Shown here one piece after another: positions 26,173 to 38,279 of a DNA stretch of 64,000 nt. Positions within the stretch are counted from its first letter, which is position 1. Each line of letters begins with the position of its first letter. A program made the translations under genes and the position numbers. The stretch is from Gnetum montanum (lineage: Eukaryota > Plantae > Gnetophyta). The stretch is taken from NCBI GenBank assembly GCA_015680685.1, contig MNCI01000651.1:1603832-1667831 (forward strand), read 5' to 3'. The notes under the pieces are model-generated. The model was given only the letters and a program-made list of their open reading frames with translations, was not told the origin of the DNA and searched no databases.

Positions 26173-28700
26173 ATGACATTGAAATGAGGATCATAGGTTG
26201 GAGGACCTTCATAGTCAAGGGGGAAGTGACCATGAGGAGGAAGGATCTTGGAGAAATAATCACAACAACCCCAAGAACAAGTATCAAACGTAACCCATGC
26301 CACTAGACCCCTTTAGGAGAAGCTTGAAGTGGAATTTGTTCACCAGATTTCCACTACTAAAATAGGCTAATCTAGGCAAGATGAGGTTCCTAGGCTAAGG
26401 CCTAGCCTAAAGGTCACTATGATTAAGGGTTGCTTAGAAAAGATAAGGACCAAGGAGGTCCAAAGTTTAATTCCTTAAGAATTGAACTTTAGACCATTCT
26501 TGAAGCTGGTGCTAGAAGAGGTCTGCACACAACTTTAGGGGTCTTCCATATGGCCTATTGTCTCCAATAGTAGAGAATGGTACATGGGGGAGACTTACCT
26601 ATTCTTGAGCAATGGAAAAGAAGATGCGTTAGTTAAAATTAAGGATATTATCATCTCTTACTTAGTTGAGGCCATTATAGAGGCCCTTGGGTTGCCAAAT
26701 ATTAGGGTAAAACCAATGGAAATCTCAATTTAGATGGATCTAGAATTAAAGAAAGAAAGAATGTAGTAGTGCTATAGAGTGGATTAAAAGGAGTACATTG
26801 CTCTTACTAAGATAGAGAAAGCATACTTAAAAATTACGGCCTATCACCTAAACCTAATAGTGAGGCCCAACTAAGTTAGTACTTTCTTTGCCCAAGCATG
26901 CATTGCTATGAGTGTGAAGTTTCCAGTTAACCTTTTTAAGCTTATTTTCTTGGAAATAGAAAAAATGTTTCAAGGAAAATGAGAAGAGAAGGAATATTCT
27001 CTCATTTCCATGCCTCATTTGCAAACTTTGAAAAAGAGGAGGAATAATCCACTACACCAATGATATGGTTTGTCATGGTCCTACCACATCATAACAGGAA
27101 GTGATGAAAGATAAGGTAGTAGGCAAGTTGCAAGAAGAGGTGTAGCCACCACCACTACTTGTAGCTCTAGAAACTACACAAGAGGCATGTGCAATTGCTA
27201 AACAATTAAGAAAATTTAGGAATAGCAGTTGTAACAACAACATAGCTCTACAAGTGATGGAGAACCATTTGTCCACCATCCAGCCATGAGCCACTTGAAC
27301 GAGATCGCAAGGATCATTAGTTGGCTAGACAGTGAGATTGCCCTATGATTCTTAGCTTAGAGAAACTAGGTACCTATAAGGTCTAATTCTAGTGTCAAGG
27401 AGGTAAGAGTGTCCATCCAAGGATTCCCTAAAATCTTAGAAAATGCTCTAGCCTTTTCTATCATGTTGAAGGAAGATGAGGGTGTGACTGTCTTATTCAT
27501 GTAACATAAAGGTAAGGAGATAGTAGTGGAAGTGGTGGCTGATAAGGTTGCTAAAGCCTTGAATGCTCTTAGAACATCAATACCTAACATTGCTATCATG
27601 ATAGACATCCATGCATCTTTAGGAGTAGGAAGTGATTAGATGAGTGCTACCCAACACAAGGAAGTATTGGAATGATTGGTTGGGATCAAGAAATTGCTTC
27701 CATAGAACTTTGATGTCTCAGATGAGGTCACTGCAAATCATTCATAGTTGCTCAAGATAAAAAAAAAAAAAACTCCTCATTACCAATGTGTAACTAGAGA
27801 AGGCCACCACAACCAATTGTTAGTTGGCCACCAAAGTTGCTGAGTTGCATGTCTGTTTCTCCAAGCATACCATTCTCCGACTTGAGATTACTAGAGATGA
27901 AGCTTTCAATAGCTTTAACAAAGACTTGAGAAGCTTAAGAATGCAAAGGAGGCTATAGTATTTGATGCATATTTATTAGAAGCTATGTCTTTAAACATTG
28001 ATAAGGACCTATTGTAGGTTTGGAGGGAGAACTTGGCCTTGATAAAGGATAATCATTGGCTATGCAACATTGAGCAACAAAAGTACCAACTGGTTGAATT
28101 AATACACTAACAATAGGAGTAGCTTGCTATGGTAAATCTAGATATGAAAAGGTTGATAGTAGATAATTGAAATCTCCCAATGGAGAAAGTTTGTACTCTT
28201 TGCTAGAAAACTACGATTGAGGTAGCCACCTAGAAGAATGAAGCCTTGAAATTTGAATGCATGAAAAATCACTACAGGGACCAGGTTGGGCTTCTCAAAG
28301 AGGTCAATGAGAAAGAGATTCAATTAGCAAAGAAAAAAATGAACAAGAGACTACAGTAACTCCAGCAAAGAGGTGACATATGGTAGCTCATTTTTGATGG
28401 ACTAAATATGTTCAACAAGGTAGAAATCCACTTGAAGGAGTTATAGATTGAAGAGCTTATTGGGTACATGGAGCTTTCCAATCTCCATTACACAAACTTC
28501 ATAATACTGATAATAGGAAGACTAGGAACTGAGTTGGAAAAGTAGGTGGCTAGTTTCTACTTCTTGTATGAGGCAGAATTCAAGCTTCATAAAGAGACAA
28601 AGCAAAAGTTGGAGATAGCTAACACAGAGCTTGAAGTTCTTAGAAGCAGATTTACTAACTAATGATCTATATTAAAGAACCTAGCTAGGAGGATGAATAA
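26173..28700 (+). pseudogene. env-like/accessory ORF with long coiled-coil-like C-terminus, degenerate; end approximate
   Basis: MTLK*GS*VGGPS.., DALVKIKDIIISYLVEAIIEALGLPN (~26620-26700) and FPCLICKL (~27005) match the ORF at 908-2212. Confidence 0.68.
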
Positions 28701-29627
28701 CTACTAGGAGCTTTTGAACCTTATAAGAATGTTCGATGTAGAATGTAAAAGTTTTGTAGTCTAATTTATCAATGTAAAATAATTATTTCCTTCAATATCG
28801 TGTTAGTGGAATATATGCACTAGCCCACATCAATGAAGCCGAATGGACCATGTATGACCCATGAGGTAAAGAAAAAAGATGAAATAATTTTTAGTTGCTT
28901 TCAAACATCCAATTAAAGCAGAAGTAGTAATAGGCCAACCTCAACGTCCACTAGTGCTAGGATGGGATGATGAACCACCAAAGCCATATGAGAATCCTCC
29001 TTTGGGCACTATTTTAGAATTAATCCCATCTTTGGCTATCATAGTTAGTTATTTTTTGTAATTATGTACAATCTAGCACTCATAGTTAGTTAAGATTTAG
29101 TTTGTCTTGTAATAAATTTTATACCTTCCAATTTTGTAAGAAACTCAATCCTAATTTTGTTCACTTGAGGATGAGTTTTTAGTTAGTTATGAGGATATGA
29201 TGAGACATCAATAAAATAGGTTGATTGATGCAACCTTGTCAACATATCACCATCGATGCATGGTAGGATGCATTGACATAGATATGTCAATGTTGATGAG
29301 TCACTGCCTATATAAATGCATGCATCCCTCACATTTATGATACTTTTAAGTCATAGTTTTATAATAATTGAAAAATTTGATGCTAGAAGAACCAAAAATT
29401 TGAGAGAAAAATTTTTTAGCTCATGGATCCATAGGCCTTGGAAAGGACTTGTGAGCACCTCAAACAATCTTGTCAATCACTTGAGAACTTGAAGGATTTG
29501 TTACCAAATGTTATGAAAATAAGCAAAAATGTATGAAAATGTGTTTCAAATGTTAAATCTAAGAATAGAAATATGGATGAAATGATATGTAGAAACAAAG
29601 AAACTAGAACTTTGTATAAAATGATAT

Positions 29628-30197
29628 TGTAATGTCCCCATTCCCAAATGATGCTGTTGCATAACCAAGATGGTGCCTCTTCATAAAGAGTGTTACTACT
29701 ATTGTAACAAGACCCAAAAGGATAGTTGTAATTAAGACCCTAAAGGGCACATTGTAATAACAAATGTGTCTCATAAGGTGACCTTTGGGGATTTGACCTA
29801 AGGTAGTTATATCTAGGCTTAGAGGCTTTTCCAGCATGGAGTGGTGGAGCCAGTACAGGCAAGTCATGAGAGCCAAGTGAAGTAGGATAGGAAGTGGATT
29901 GGCCATCCCTTTTGGTCAATTGTAGGCCTAATTTTGATGGTAGTGCTGGATTACCTCTAAGAAATAGATGTTAAAGGAAGAAAACCCAAGGCATACTCTT
30001 AGAGCATGATTTAGATACTCTATTCCATATGAATAAAGCATTCTTTTTTCTCTTTCTACATTTTTCTTATTATTTTCTTTATGCTTAATGTTGAATGTTA
30101 CATATATTTGACATTTGGTATATTTTCTTTTTAAGCATAATGTCTAATATCACATATATTTGACATTTTTGATGACATCCAGGAATGGGATGTCACA
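29628..30197 (+). repeat. 5' LTR of the CCR4-carrying element
   Basis: TGTAATGTCCCCATTCC..GGAATGGGATGTCACA, a direct repeat of 34675-35247. About 84% identical over the first ~140 bp by hand count. Confidence 0.93.
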
Positions 30198-30922
30198 ATT
30201 GCTACTGGAGAAAATCATGATCCAAGGGCCATTCAAAATCATGGGCCAACTAGAATGTGAATCGTATGATGAACCAAGAAGCCATGACATAGGGAAAGTC
30301 ATTAATCATCACTAGATGAACCTTATGTCTAAGGTGTAAGTCAGAAGATACATTGCCATTGATTTCATGAATAATGGAACAAGCATCTGCAAAATACATA
30401 GATCCCACCAACAAAATTCTTTCATGGATATCATAGACTGGTAAAGATATGATTACTCCTTATCAAGATTCATCAATTATAAGAAATTTGGTAAGACAAG
30501 GATACACCGCTCTAGGTAACTCTTACCCATCTTAATACCATAAATACTAATTAATTAAGGTCATCGTTAAGTTTCTTCCAAAACATTAGTGACCATGACC
30601 ATAGCTGAAATTAATCTTATTCTATTGAACTCATTATCCTAAGCAACTTAGAGTTATTTATAAGTTATCATGTCATCCATACATCAACCCAATAATGTTG
30701 TTTTGGTAGAATAAACTAGCTGGACCTTTCAAAATCTTGGAAACTTCAACTTTGCTTTTGAACCCTAAGACTATGTCTAACGCATAGAACTCATCAAAAG
30801 GATTCCAATGGTATAAATTTGTCTTGATTGGACTTATGGGTTGAAAGATATCACTATTTTAAGTTTCATTTTATGCATGCATTAAAATAATTTTTAATTA
30901 TTAAGTTATTATAAAAAAATGT

Positions 30923-30952
30923 GGGAGGTCATGGGTTCAAACCCAAGCTCCC
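30923..30952 (+). promoter_or_regulatory. tRNA T-arm/B-box-like hairpin
   Basis: GGGAGGTCATGGGTTCAAACCCAAGCTCCC contains GGTTCAAACCC (B-box GGTTCRANYCC type) inside a GGGAG..CTCCC stem. Confidence 0.4.
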
Positions 30953-31669
30953 TAGTTTAAATAGAGAAAAAAAGTAGTAGGGGCAGCACTATCCCTATTT
31001 GAGGGTTGCCTTTAACTGACACCATGCTTGTTTACCTAGAATAGCACCACCACCACCCAACATCGCTGACACTATGTCTTACCTTCTTCTTTGCCCATGC
31101 CACTTGCTACGCTCTTACTGACAGTGTTGCCCTACCTAGAGCCACCTATTGTGACACTATGTTTCTAACAGTGGTTGATGCCTACAACATAGCTTTTCCT
31201 GGCTATAACATAGTGTAACATAGAGGTGGTGATAGAAACTTCTGTGGTCTCCATTGCTACAAACTTTAGAAGAAAAAAATTGTAGGCTATGTAGACTTGC
31301 TAGGGCCACACTGCCACATAGCCTTGTAAAGGGCTGCATTGGTTGTTAGGGTCATACAAGTTTGTAGGGTTGATCATGTAGCCAATGCCAACATCATGAT
31401 CTGCACCCTTAGTTGCAATGATATCTACTGATTAATGCCATTTGCTACAAAACCCTCAACATTATGTAGTCCTTGCATGATACCATAGCCATTGTCTATC
31501 CCATGTCCTCACCTATGCCATTGAAACCCTTGCCACATTTCTCACCATTTGTTGTCTTCATTGGCACTTGTACTACTATTGTCATCGTCATTGATTGCAC
31601 AGCTACCAATGCCATTGCCTCCATCATTGTAAAAAAATCAACCATGATTTTTGCCTACCCATGATGTTC

Positions 31670-31945
31670 TCAAACACCAATGGTGCTTCCCATAATGGCC
31701 CATTTTGGCACTCTGTGGGCAATGATAGCAACACCCATAATGGCCTATTTTGCCACTCCATGGGTACCAATGACACTACCCATAACGGTCCATTCTAGTG
31801 CTTTGCAGGCATCGATTACACCATCCATAATGGCCCATTCCAATGCTCCGTAGGCATCAACGGTGTTGTCCATAATGGCCCCTTTTGATGTCCTGCAACT
31901 ACTGATGGTGCCATTGATAATGACCCCTTTCGGTGCCCTTTGGCC
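31670..31945. repeat. Tandem array of a 45-bp unit, about 6 copies, related to 16245-16895
   Basis: CCATAATGGCCC-type cores recur every 45 bp. Confidence 0.9.
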
Positions 31946-32577
31946 TGTAGAAAATCCTTGCTGAAAACATGTGTGTAGGCTTCCTTTATTTAGTGTAGCC
32001 CTTGCACAGGTTGTGTAGGCCTTGCTTTGGGCTCCCTAGGCTCTTGTGTGGGCTATGCAGATCCTTGTGTTGGCCCTACTTGGGGCTGTTCAGGTCCTAG
32101 GCATGGGATGCATTGGCCCCTATACGAGCTAAGTAGGCCCACATGTAGGCCATGATGGCCCCTATGTAGGTCCTCATGTGGGCCATGCAACTAGATACAA
32201 ACATCATCGCTGTGCCACACCAATATACTCTAATGCACCTTTGCTAGCCATTACTACCTTCTACCTCTTTGCATAACCATCCATCGCCATTGAACAAGAA
32301 CACTGCCAATGTTGAGTGCAAGCCAACACCATTGTGGAAATGTTTATCACCCCTGTATTTGCTTAATAATAGGAAAATTGTTCATCAACAGATGAAACAT
32401 TTGAATTTTTTAGTTAATTAGTGAAAAATTTGAAATTTCCATCAAGTAATAGGAAATTAAGATTCTCATTAGCTAACTAGAAATTAAAATTTCCATCTTT
32501 AAACCATTAATTTTAAATTAGGAACACAAGAAATTTTTTTTAAAAAAGAATTTGGTGCATTGGTAGCATGTGAGATA

Positions 32578-32650
32578 AAAATTTTGTAATTAAGTGTGCT
32601 CATTCTGGAGTAGAACTGGGATGGGTGACCTCTTAGGAAGTCTTTTTTTT
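32578..32650 (+). promoter_or_regulatory. 5S rRNA-derived Pol III internal control region, copy 2, followed by a T8 tract
   Basis: 32588-32642 matches the recalled plant 5S segment at 43/55 positions without gaps. The C box GGATGGGTGACC is perfect. Confidence 0.85.
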
Positions 32651-33128
32651 GTGCCAAAGGTTCTAGACTCTAGAAGCCATAACAATTGACTTTGAAAGCT
32701 TTTTTGAGCAAATGAAGAGTTTTTTCCTAAATTTTTTACCCTTCTAAACTTAATGATGAGGTTAGAATTTATCATCTGGGTACTTGAAATTTGATGATAT
32801 CATGAAACTATGCCCTAAAAGCCAAACACATAAGGATAACTAATCATGCCTTGTTGGGACTAACAATTTAACCTTATGGGCCTTGAGATCAAATGCTTAA
32901 TCTTTGCCTGTAGTCATAAGATCTCTATAGCATGTCATTAGTTACACTATCGGAGTTAGTATTCTTAAGAGAGGGGGGTGAGGGGTGGGAGGGAAGGTAG
33001 AAAGGTTATTAAGAAAGAAGTAATGTAGTAAATTATTTGGAGAATCAATTGATGTATTAGTTCAATGATCAAGAAGAATATATAGATACATCAATTCATC
33101 CTTCAACCAAATCATATGATAGAACAAC

Positions 33129-34265
33129 ATGGAGACTCAAAATCTCATTTTGACAAGGCGTATGATACCCATGAAGAGAAATTATTGAGAAGAGGATCCA
33201 AGATTGAGAATGAAAGTTGCAACATACAACATGCTTTCAAGATCCTTAGTGAGAGAGAAACAACATTTGCTATGTCCACCATGGACCTTGGATTGGCATG
33301 AATATTGATACCTATTGATCTAAACAAAGTTACAAGGATTGGATGTTGATGTTTTATGTCTACAAGAAGTTTTTCCATGAGAATTTTTATACCAATTCCA
33401 ACCAGACTTGGGAAAGATGGGATACATAGGTATTTATAAGCAAAAAGATTCTTGTGGAAATTCTTCTTTTGAATCATATAGATTAGCCTATTGTAGAAAT
33501 CACAACATGGATGTTTGTTCTATCTTTTATAAAGAATCCAAGTTTGAATTAGTACAAAGATTCAAAGGGAGTTTAGAAAATATGATTTTTGAAATTCTAG
33601 AACTTCAAACCATGGAAAAGAAAGAATAGTCAAGATTTTAGAAAAATCACATAGCCTTGAAAGTAATTCTAAATATCCATCTATCAGGGAGATGTATGTG
33701 TAGTCAATACACATTTGATTGCTAAAAAAACATGTGCAGATGTCAAACTATGTCAAGGAGCATACTTGATTAAGAAAATAGAAGAAAGTTTGAAGAATAA
33801 GTTATTCCTAGTGCCATTTGTTCTTTCTGGAGACTTAAATGCAAAAGTTGGAAGTAGTATTTATCAATTCATAAAATATGGATGTGTAAAGGAATCCTTG
33901 GGAGATGAACTTGATTTGAAGAAGATGTTTCTGTTTACTTTGAATGTTCAATAGATAAATCAGATTTTAGAATTCAAGAATAGATGATGTTGATGGATAG
34001 TACTCATCAAGAATCATACTTTAAGAATTACTCTATTGTGATTAATGAGGATGGAGCACCAACATTCTTCATTGAGATCTTAGATTATATTTGGTATGAT
34101 GTCCAATTCTTCCAAGTTACCATGTTACTTGAATTGATTTCTAGAGAAAAAATGAAGAAAAATCAAGATTAAGCCCTTCCATTCTAAACAAGATCATATG
34201 ATCATATACCACATATGGAAGAATTACAATTACTCCCATCAGTTCGTAAAGTTGACGAATATTAG
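33129..34265 (+). pseudogene. CCR4: Intronless CCR4/nocturnin-family EEP deadenylase (catalytic domain), disrupted by stops and two frameshifts
   Basis: Colinear motifs: KVATYNMLS, CPPWTLDW, DVDVLCLQEV, LGKMGYIGIYKQK, DVCSIFYKESKF, NHIALKVIL, VCVVNTHL, DVKLCQ, PFVLSGDLNAKVGSSIYQFI, ILDYIWY, ALP and SYDHIP. Confidence 0.9.
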
Positions 34266-34674
34266 GAAGTATGTCACTCTTTTATTGATGAATATTATTA
34301 TTTTCTTCGTTGTTTTATTTATATTTTAATTAGATAAATAAAATATCTAAGGTAATGAAAGTTGAAAATAAAGGATTTGCCCTACCTTCACTTGGATAAC
34401 CAGATTAAAGTTGCACTTGTGTGACCCTAGTTAGGATTGGTGGTTGGTAGATCTTTAATTCACCTCTTGTCATTAAGTATTAAGAAAGTAATATTTAATT
34501 TTCATATATTTTTCTTACTTGTGTGTTGTTTATAGAATAAGCAAGAAACAACTTCGATATCAAAAGGAGAAATCAAACTATTGGAGCATAGGAGCATGAC
34601 AGAAGTACTAGAGCTAGAAAAAGATAGTGAACATGGACTCGTTTGAGGATGAATGAAACCTAAGAGGGGTAGAT

Positions 34675-35247
34675 TATAACGTGCCCATTCCCAAACGATG
34701 TTGCTACATAACTAAGATAGTTTCTCTTCATAACAAGTGTTACTGTTATTGTAACAAGACCTAAAAGAGTAGTTGTAATTAAGACCTAAAAGGGAACACT
34801 GTAATAAAAAATGTGTCTCTCAAGGTGATCTTTGCAGATTTGACCAAAGGCATTTGTACTTGGGCTTAGAGGTTGTGCCAACATGGAGTGGCGGAGCTAG
34901 TACAAGCAAGTCACAAGAGCTATGTGAAGTGGGATAGGAAATGGATTGGCCATTCCTTCTAGTTGGTTGTAGGCCTAACGATGATGGTAGTGCTAGATTT
35001 TCTCTAAGAGATAGACATCAAAGGAAGAAAACCCCAAGGAATACTCTCAGAGCATGATCTAGCTATTCTATTCCATATCAATAAAACATTCTTTCCTCTC
35101 TCTTTCTACATTTTTCCTGTTATTTTCTTTATGCTTAATATCAAATGTTACATATATATGACATTTGGTATATTTTCTTTTTAAGCATAATGTCTAATAT
35201 AACATATATTTGACATTTTCCATGACATTTGGGAATGGGATGTCACA
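34675..35247 (+). repeat. 3' LTR of the CCR4-carrying element
   Basis: Follows the PPT, is a direct repeat of 29628-30197, and ends GGGATGTCACA. Confidence 0.93.
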
Positions 35248-35589
35248 ACTGTGAGAAAAAAGTTCAAAAAATAGAGATCATAGGCTATGAAAGCTCAAGA
35301 ATACAAAGGTGTCTTTGAAACTTGATGTAGATGGCAGGGTGTATTTTACCACTAGATTTTCATTGTCTTTCTTTACTTGATTTGCTACTGAGCTTCACTT
35401 GCCATTGGTTCTCTCTACTCTATATGTTCTGCATTAGATGACAATGATTATGAACTCTTGGATATCTACACTGCTTCAAAAGTCTCAAGTTCAGCCAAAT
35501 ATAAAAATGATGCAAAAGTTTTTGAAAATGATGCAAACTTTAGTTTAAATAGGTCACTTATTCATTGATTTTTTGATGGCTTGATTATA

Positions 35590-35970
35590 CCAAATTTCTT
35601 ACATTATCTACAACATTTTGGAAGGTTTTGGTGGCCAAAATTTGCAACATGTGGCATACCAACTTTTTCCACTTTTTAAGTTTAAAATACCAATGTATAT
35701 GACATTTTTCACTATCCAAAACTACAACATATGGGCCACCAACATGTGAAGCATGTTCTACCATATTTGGTAATGTATTTGGGCTATTTTTAAGGTCCAA
35801 ATTTTGTTGCACATGGGTTGCCAACATGTGAGACCTTTGTTGCCAAATTTGATGACATTTTGAGCTATTTCCATGGCCCAAATTTGTAGCCTATGAGCCA
35901 CCAATGTTTTTGGCCTTTGCTAACAAATTTGGAAATGTGTTTAACTTCTTGGGCTTCTACATATTGGCAT
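35590..35970. repeat. Degenerate short-motif array (CCAACATGTG/GGCCA)
   Basis: Repeated CAACATGTG and CATATGGGCCACCAACATGTG variants. Confidence 0.55.
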
Positions 35971-37699
35971 AAGTAATATTTATAGAGTGTGAACTATAAG
36001 TCATACCTTTACATACCAAAAATTGTCAAAACATTGCTAGAAAAAGGTTATAGGATAGGATTTTTGATGGGCAATAATGCAATTATTTCTACCTTTAAAT
36101 TTCCATCAAATTAAAATAGTAGGTTTGGCTACAAAGGCTTTCACATGAATTTTCCTTAAGGTGTTTCATTAACCCCTATTTGTTAATGTTTGGAGGATTG
36201 ATCCAAGAGACATTAACAATGAATGCAAAGCACCACCACAGGTTCATTACCAATCCTTTGTTTCCACATTCGATGTGGTAGCTATTGAATCATGCCAAAG
36301 AGAGCTCACGAAGGTCATGATAAAATGTTATGAATTTGGAATGAGATGATGGTTATATTGGCTATGAGAGAATGATCAAATCAGATAACAATGAATTCCA
36401 AATGTTGACATCATGGCTATAGCATGACAATAAGATGCTTATTGACAAAAAAGTTTTTTATGCTTAATACTTAAACTGTTGGTTGCTCGATGATGTCTTA
36501 GAGAAATTAGCACTTTACTCTTAGGCTTTTTTGGCCACTTGGCTCTTTTGTTTTAGAGCCATTAATTTGATTGGCTTCAAGCTACATTGGCCTCTTGGCT
36601 ATCTTGGTAATTTTCTTCCCCATTCTTTTTTTTGGGTGAAAAATTCATTGGGTTTCATTGCCAAAGTTGAATTTTTTTTCATTTTCTCATTGAATGAGAT
36701 GTTTTACGTTCAATGAACTTGATGATAGAGATGATAGAGCATGTCGAAGGAGTTATCACACAACCATGGTACATGAATGTCAAACATTGGTTTTCGTTGT
36801 TAGAAAGGTTAGGAACACTATGGTTGGCTATGGGGTCATGGCTAAAAAGGAGTAATGGAAGTGATGTAAGGAAAGAAATTTTGACATAGTTGAACAAGCT
36901 AACGAAATCTCATGCATCAAGGTCACATGGTAACTCATTGTTGTGATGAGTTACATCCTTGTGATGACTTCAGGCTTCATCCTTCAAGCACAACTCTAAG
37001 AGGATAAGAAAACAAGTTAAAGAATACATGTGATTACAAGAGATTACATAAGGTCATAAGAGATAACAAGAAGAATACATGCCATTATTGGTTAAATTGG
37101 TAAAATAGGAGAAATGTGTACTTTATTTCATAGGTTTATACAAATTTTGTAGTGCTTTGAGGTATTAAAGAGAGATAGGAGCTCATGTAGGCTTGCTTGT
37201 TATAGGCTACATGGACCACCAATGTCACATTCTCATTCAAACCTACAAATGAAGGCTAACCATACTAGAAGTAAACATGTTAACATTAGATGTAATTAAG
37301 GTTTTGTGAAGGTTTTCATGTTTCTATGTAAGGATTTGATGATGTCTTGGGAAAATTGAGGTTCTAGTGAGGAACTTAATTTTAAGTTTTTCTCCTTGCT
37401 ATTGTGGTTCAAAATGCTAAATTCGATTTAGGAACTCTTTGAGATGGTTTTGATTTTCAAGGTTATGAGTAGTCATGCTACTTTAAGATATTAAGGCTAC
37501 ATGGTCAAAGGTTTTGGGGCTTAAGGCTTAAGTGTTCAAGGTCATTTGGTCAAATAACATCATAAGAAGTGTCCATTTAAGCTCCAAGGCTAGTTGAATT
37601 TGCTTCCTCATCTTCCTAGCTCAATCTTGCATGCCAACATAAGCACATCAAGTGGCATTTGCATGATAAAATTGTTAAATAATACAAAGTATTCTAATA

Positions 37700-37910
37700 A
37701 TAGATTAAAATAAGGCAACATAAGGCTAAAACAAGGCTAAATAAGACAAAATTGTGTAAAATAAGGTCATAATGAGGCAAAATATGGCTAAATAAGATCA
37801 AAACATGATCAAAACAAGGTAAAATGAAGTAAAAACAAAGCAAAATGAAGTTAAAACAAAATATAATATGGCTAACAAGGTGGAAACAAGGTCAAATAAG
37901 ATTGAAAATA
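37700..37910. repeat. Degenerate A-rich minisatellite with ~10-11-bp period (AAAAYAAGGY)
   Basis: taaggcaaca taaggctaaa acaaggctaa ataagacaaa and further units. Confidence 0.7.
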
Positions 37911-38279
37911 ATAAAGATACCAATATTTTTTGTTTGTTTTTTGATTTATTTTATGATTAAAATAAACAAAAATATAATAAAAATAAGTTACAAGTTGCTA
38001 AAATAAGTAAAAATCTAATCCAAACCAGTTGTAAATATTTAAAATAAGTGGAAAAAACTAGCAAAAATTTTTAAAACAAGAAAAAATCTTATAGAAATAG
38101 AAAAAATCTTGTAAAAATAGTTTGTAGGCTACCAAAATAGTGGTTTTTTTATTACCAAAATAATTAGAAAAGTTAAAATTGGTATTACCAACCTATGCAC
38201 ATTAAACCCTCAATGTATAAGCTTAATTGGGTGGATTTTTAGTACTTGGAAAATTTTCCATTTTTTTTTATGTTTAGTA

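Larger units (their letters stand above)
23059..29627 (+). mobile_element. Athila-like element B, 3' half only (RT C-terminus, RH, INT, env-like ORF, partial 3' LTR from ~29198)
   Basis: Begins mid-RT (KSHLMVEEGIVLGH); RH NYTTTKKELLALVYSLEKFRHY; INT to ~25263. GATGAGTTTT..TATGATGA PPT/LTR junction resembles that at 60741-60770. TATA at ~29308. Confidence 0.85.
29628..35247 (+). mobile_element. Non-autonomous LTR retroelement of the chromovirus family carrying a CCR4-like cargo gene
   Basis: Two ~570-bp LTRs, degenerate PBS (TGCTACTGGAG at 30200), PPT AAGAGGGGTAGAT, and a leader homologous to 16000-17700. No gag/pol motifs seen. No TSD match (GATAT vs ACTGT). Confidence 0.88.

Noticed and set aside
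32578-32650. Functional 5S rRNA gene or Cassandra TRIM
   Set aside because: The 5' ~40 nt of 5S are absent, there is no tandem 5S array, and the segment is not inside a short LTR pair.
33129-34265. LINE APE endonuclease
   Set aside because: It shares the EEP fold, but CP-W-LDW, GY-G, D-C-IF, NTHL, DVKL-Q and LDYIWY are CCR4-type. No LINE RT or poly(A) follows, and the ORF sits between LTRs.
36268-36315. Possible large-subunit rRNA fragment (TTCGATGT..ATCAT..CACGAAG)
   Set aside because: Similarity is too short and gapped to distinguish from chance.
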